Assembly (NCBI GenBank): GCA_016192345.1 | Contig: JACPUH010000082.1 | Span: 12,025 to 76,024 of the forward strand | Length of the DNA stretch: 64,000 nt | Source: Ignavibacteriales bacterium | Lineage (GTDB): Bacteria; Bacteroidota; Ignavibacteria; UBA10030 | Direction of reading: 5' to 3' | In this document: piece by piece, positions 60,456-64,000 of the stretch | Numbering within the stretch: the first letter of the stretch is position 1 | Layout of the letters: the number at the start of each line of letters is the position of its first letter | Program-made: the position numbers and the translations under genes | The notes under the pieces: model-generated | The model's database searches: none | What the model saw: the letters and a program-made list of their open reading frames with translations, nothing else | Told to the model about the DNA's origin: nothing

Positions 60456-61554
60456 GCGGCCCCTCCCCGCGCGATCTTTTCGAACACCATGAGGCATTGC
60501 GCGGTAACCTGATCATATTATAGTATTGGTACGTGGCAAGCCTCCCGACAAAACGGACTGTCGCAAGCTTTTTCGCCTCCCGGCGATACAGGCGGTACTG
60601 CTCGACATATTCCCTTCTGGGAATCGGATAAAAAGGTTCACCTGTTTCCAGAGGGTATTCCTTTGCAATGGTTGTTTTGGGGTGAACCTGACCCGTGATA
60701 TGCTTGAATTCCGTTGTGCGGGTGAATGGGAATGTATTGGGGTAGGTGATCATTGCGACCGGTTGAAGAAATTCACAGTCATGCGTTTCATACTCGAACC
60801 GAAGGGAGCGGTAGGGAAGCTTGCCATGGAGTTCTCCGAAGAACTCATCGATAGGACCCGTGAAGATGAGCCGGTCGAAGGAACCGGAATTGATCTCGCT
60901 CCAGGCCGTTGCGAGGGAGAGATGGATACGGGGGTGATCGATCATCCGTGCGAACATCGCCGTATACCCTTCCCGCGGGATCGCCTGGATGGCGTCGTCA
61001 AAATACCGATCGAGCAATCCCGTGCGAACGGGCAATCTTCCGCAGACCGAGGGGGCAAGATCCCTCGGCTCCAGGCCCCACTGTTTCAGGGAATACCCTC
61101 GATAGAGCAGGTCAAACAGCCTTCGCCCCACTGCGGCAACGACCACATCTTCGGAGTTTTCCCTCGTTGCCCGGTGCTCACGCTCCCGGCGGAAAAAGCA
61201 TTCCACTTCTTCGTCGGTACTCAACCCGAACCCGAACAAGACGTTCACCGTTTCACGGTTGATGGGAATCGGGACGAGTCTTCCCTCGACGAAAGAGCGG
61301 GCCTTGTGGACGTACGGCCGCCAGGAAGTAAACCTGGAAAGATACCGGAACACTCTCCGGTCGTTGGTATGAAACACATGCGGACCGTACCGATGAACGA
61401 GGATCCCCTCCTCATCGTACTCGTCATAGGCATTGCCGCCGATATGAGGGCGGCGATCAATAAGGAGGACGCGTTTCCCGAGCTGGGATGCAAGCCGCTC
61501 CGCCAGCACACAACCGGCGAAGCCGGCCCCGACGATGAGGTAGTCGTACGTCAT
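60328..61554 (-). CDS. glf: UDP-galactopyranose mutase
   Basis: Start MTYDYLIVGAGFAGCVLAERLAS (FAD-binding GxGxxG). 'HRYGPHVFHTND' and 'RFVGRLATYQYYNM' are Glf signatures. An unusual 50 to 60 aa C-terminal extension overlaps the downstream GT2 start by 127 nt. Confidence 0.85.
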   Translation of the reverse strand: MTYDYLIVGAGFAGCVLAERLASQLGKRVLLIDRRPHIGGNAYDEYDEEGILVHRYGPHVFHTNDRRVFRYLSRFTSWRPYVHKARSFVEGRLVPIPINRETVNVLFGFGLSTDEEVECFFRREREHRATRENSEDVVVAAVGRRLFDLLYRGYSLKQWGLEPRDLAPSVCGRLPVRTGLLDRYFDDAIQAIPREGYTAMFARMIDHPRIHLSLATAWSEINSGSFDRLIFTGPIDEFFGELHGKLPYRSLRFEYETHDCEFLQPVAMITYPNTFPFTRTTEFKHITGQVHPKTTIAKEYPLETGEPFYPIPRREYVEQYRLYRREAKKLATVRFVGRLATYQYYNMIRLPRNASWCSKRSRGEGPHEGRSSARLGGDTDLEPSGPVAEDFDGVRAVNLSPSGGHRYR

Positions 61555-61584
61555 AGAGTGTCTTCGATTAAACAGGGACACAAG

Positions 61585-61981
61585 GTGTTGATTTCACCCC
61601 TTCGGGGTTCCAAACCCTTTATGTTGCTTGGTTAGAATAATGTCAGCCCTCCGGGCTTGACCATTACGCGTATATCAATCCCGAACGGATGAAATTGTTA
61701 TAATCCAGGCCGCTTTATGTTTTTTCAATCCCGAAGGGATGGCATTTTTGTAACCACGGAAATCATACCTCCTTACAACCCCGAAGGGGTGACATCCATG
61801 GAAGCGCACCAAGGAAGTGGTTAAAGTCCACCTTCATTTTTATTTCACCCCTTCGGGGTTCCATAACCCTTGTGTTGCTTGGTTAGAATAATGTCAGCCC
61901 TTCGGGCTTCCTGAAACCGAGGTCCTTAATCCCGAAGGCCCGCCCGACTGCCTGCGGCGGCAGACGGGAGGGGGGGTGACA
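61585..61981. repeat. REP cluster A (left flank of RAYT2): 70-bp composite unit x2, ATCCCGAAGGGAT hairpins x3, ACCCCGAAGGGGT hairpin x1
   Basis: Unit TTTCACCCCTTCGGGGTTCCA(a/t)AACC(c)TT(t/g)(a/t)GTTGCTTGGTTAGAATAATGTCAGCCC(t)TCGGGCTT at about 61592 and 61842. Smaller TTCG/GAAG-loop hairpins lie between them. Confidence 0.75.
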
Positions 61982-62443
61982 TCATTCGATCCAATCAAAC
62001 AAGTACTTGGGGTTGTGTTCTATATTGAACTTCTTCAAGAGTTCTGTGTATTCTTTCCTGAACGATTTCTTACGGTGATGCTCTTCCTGACGAAGGATGT
62101 AGTTATACACCCGCCCAATATGCGAGTGGGAGTAGGAAAACGCCCCGAAACCTTCCTGCCAGCTGAACCTTCTCCTCAAAAATCCCTTCTCGTTGATGAA
62201 GTTTGTGGAGTTATTTTTGATATCACGAACCAGATCGGAAATGGCCATGGAAGGCCTTAGTCCGACAAAGACATGGATGTGGTCGGGCATGCCATTGACA
62301 ATGATTGATTTTTGACCTTTGCCCGTAATGATCCCGGAGATATACTTATGAAGCTGTTCCTTCCATTCTTTCGAAATCAGATTTTCCCTGCTCCGCACAG
62401 CGAAGACGATCTGAATGTAGATCTGTGAAAATGTCCCAGCCAT
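61982..62443 (-). CDS. REP-associated tyrosine transposase (RAYT) copy 2
   Basis: Start MAGTFSQIYIQIVFAV. HuH 'PDHIHVFVGL'. 'FSWQEGFGAFSYSHSHIGRVYNYILRQEEHHRKKSF' shares the WQxGFGAFS...QEEHHRKKSF core with RAYT 51139..51582. The start coordinate is uncertain by 1 nt, because my transcription of the printed sequence near 62459 disagrees with the ORF track. Confidence 0.75.
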   Translation of the reverse strand: MAGTFSQIYIQIVFAVRSRENLISKEWKEQLHKYISGIITGKGQKSIIVNGMPDHIHVFVGLRPSMAISDLVRDIKNNSTNFINEKGFLRRRFSWQEGFGAFSYSHSHIGRVYNYILRQEEHHRKKSFRKEYTELLKKFNIEHNPKYLFDWIE

Positions 62444-62454
62444 ATTTTCCTCCC

Positions 62455-62907
62455 ATCCGCTTTTGGTTTCACCCCTTCGGGGTTCCGTACCTTTGTGTTG
62501 CTTGGTTAGAATAATGTCAGCCCTTCGGGCTTCACCCACCAAGAGTCTCAATCCCGAAGGGATGAAACTACGGTTGCCCGTGCCAGCTTTATCGCCGGTC
62601 AATCCTGAAGGGATGGAATTGTTATAACCCATGCCATGCATATCATCTTACAACCCCGAAGGGGTGACATTATGGTTTTGCCCGTGGCCGATTCAAAAAA
62701 CCTTGGATCGTTCGAATGCCGAAAGCCTGCCCGACTGCTGACACAGTCACGCAGGCGGGGGTGACATCATCGGAGTCCTATCGATGAATTGGATAGGAGC
62801 CAAATCGGTCGAGGTGACGCAACCATTTTTGTGTTTTTATTTCACCCCTTCGGGGTTCCATAACCTTTGTGTTGCTTGCTAAGAATAATGTCAGCCCTTC
62901 GGGCTTG
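62455..62907. repeat. REP cluster B (right flank of RAYT2): same 70-bp unit x2 and the same hairpin types, plus a degenerate RAYT 3'-end remnant at about 62726..62800
   Basis: Units at about 62466 and 62838. 'GCCTGCCCGACTGCTGACACAGTCACGCAGGCGGGGGTGACATCATCGG' parallels 61939..61988, which contains the RAYT2 stop (GGGGGGGTGACATCATTCGATCC). Confidence 0.7.
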
Positions 62908-63037
62908 ACCGAACCACATTCGCCAATCCCAATGGCCCACCCAATCAAACACTCTCAAAAAAGGACGTCAGAAATTTTTCGGTTTTGCCTTGTGCTCACT
63001 TCATAGTGATTCCAGAGACCTTCAAGGTCCCTCTGTG

Positions 63038-64000
63038 TCAAGGACGTGAGTTGATAACTCTGGAAATTGTCCCCTTCGCAAAAAGCAACCCCACCCCTCC
63101 CCTTCTCACCAACCCCCTTTTCATCATTACTACCATGAGGACGTAACTCACCACGAAAACAAGGAGGGGCCATGGACCGCCGGTCCCTGTTACCCTGAAA
63201 ACCAACGATGCAAGGATCAACCCGATGCATGCCGAACTCAATGGAATAATCACCATGCCCGTCACAGAAATCCGAACCATCCGATCCAGCATCCTCTTCC
63301 CCACTATCACAACGACGCACTCTGCCATCAACGTGGCTGCGGAAGCCCCGATCAATCCGAACGGGGGAATCAGGAGGAAATTCAGGATCAAGTTCACGCA
63401 AGCGCCCCAGGCCACGATTCTGAAATAGGCGCGGTGATCGCCCGAGGCAAACACGGGATTGGCAAAGGCCATCGCGAAAAACACCACGGTAACGTTCAGG
63501 AACAGAACATGGAGTGGAAGCGTGGCTGCCGCATACCGTGCACCATACAGGAACTGGATAACCCAGGGAGCGGAGAGAAGGCCTGCAAATCCGAACGGAA
63601 TTCCGACAAGGACCATCGTCTCGATATAGGCCGCAATGCTTCGCTTGCCCCGTGCCAGAGAGGGGAAGTAGGACGAGAGAATGATGCCGGGGACCACAAG
63701 AAGGACCATCATGACTTTATGGGCAGCCGTGTAGATCCCCGTCATCTCCTCCCCTTTGAGAAACGCCAGCATGACGGCATCAAGCGAGTAGTAGATCTGA
63801 ACCGCCAACCCTGAAGCTCCCACGACGAGAGCCGGCGGGAGAAGTACTTTTGATGAAGAATAAAAATCGTACGGAAGGAATGATCCGCCAATTTTGCGGT
63901 AGCCGGCAAGGAGAGGAACGATGCCTGAAACGGTTCCCAGAAGAAAAGCGAGAGGGACATACACGAGATCATCCGGGCCATCTATGACCATCCAGATCAC
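63038..64000 (-). CDS. Polysaccharide biosynthesis flippase (Wzx/MOP superfamily), C-terminal part; the gene continues beyond the window
   Basis: At least 320 aa of consecutive TM helices. 'polysacc_synt_C'-like pattern 'AYIETMVLVGIPFGFAGLLSAPWVIQFLYG..'. The ORF is open at the window edge. Confidence 0.6.
   Translation of the reverse strand: MIWMVIDGPDDLVYVPLAFLLGTVSGIVPLLAGYRKIGGSFLPYDFYSSSKVLLPPALVVGASGLAVQIYYSLDAVMLAFLKGEEMTGIYTAAHKVMMVLLVVPGIILSSYFPSLARGKRSIAAYIETMVLVGIPFGFAGLLSAPWVIQFLYGARYAAATLPLHVLFLNVTVVFFAMAFANPVFASGDHRAYFRIVAWGACVNLILNFLLIPPFGLIGASAATLMAECVVVIVGKRMLDRMVRISVTGMVIIPLSSACIGLILASLVFRVTGTGGPWPLLVFVVSYVLMVVMMKRGLVRRGGVGLLFAKGTISRVINSRP

Noticed and set aside
61585-62907. 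Possible CRISPR array, given the regularly recurring palindromic repeats
   Set aside because: The repeats are of several different types and lengths with irregular spacing. The 'spacers' are conserved between copies. There are no cas genes, and a RAYT sits in the middle. This is a REP/BIME-type array, not CRISPR.

Overview
This 64 kb window of moderately high-GC chromosome comes from a bacterium that has a type IX secretion system (T9SS). Four large secreted proteins end in a T9SS type-A C-terminal sorting domain (NYPNP(F)NP motif, final GxY..K/R segment). That, together with GxxExxY proteins and a SusC-like TonB receptor, points to the Fibrobacteres-Chlorobi-Bacteroidetes (FCB) group, for example Ignavibacteria, Chlorobi or Bacteroidota. 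It is mostly core genome.

Housekeeping genes recognised:
- glmS, yfiH/pgeF, and the pyrR-pyrB-pyrC operon with a leader attenuator
- uvrC, era, glnB (P-II), secA
- dacB (PBP4), prmA, ppx/gppA, a cysteine desulfurase
- an ECF sigma/anti-sigma module
- a 1309-aa sensor kinase
- two tRNAs, Phe-GAA and Val-CAC

Accessory content of interest:
- A TonB receptor followed by two beta-helix T9SS cargo genes.
- A 2041-aa beta-helix adhesin-like T9SS cargo.
- A polysaccharide (galactofuranose-containing) biosynthesis operon: WecB/TagA glycosyltransferase, two family-2 glycosyltransferases (GT2), a family-4 glycosyltransferase (GT4) and glf. A 1.6 kaa C25 (gingipain/PorU-like) peptidase gene is embedded in it and translationally coupled to the GT2 gene downstream.
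- The glycan locus is bracketed, and its Wzx flippase gene split off, by two different REPtrons: a REP-associated tyrosine transposase (RAYT) flanked by REP hairpin clusters. One REPtron carries an 18-bp minisatellite; the other carries a 70-bp composite repeat plus the 3' remnant of a second RAYT copy.

Other observations:
- A degenerate duplicate of the uvrC 3' end next to tRNA-Val, bracketing an outer-membrane beta-barrel gene.
- A frameshifted GxxExxY gene.
- An unannotated 50-aa transmembrane ORF translationally coupled to a Na+/solute symporter.
- Tandem intrinsic terminators after the giant adhesin gene.
- A GC-rich structured intergenic element that may be an ncRNA.
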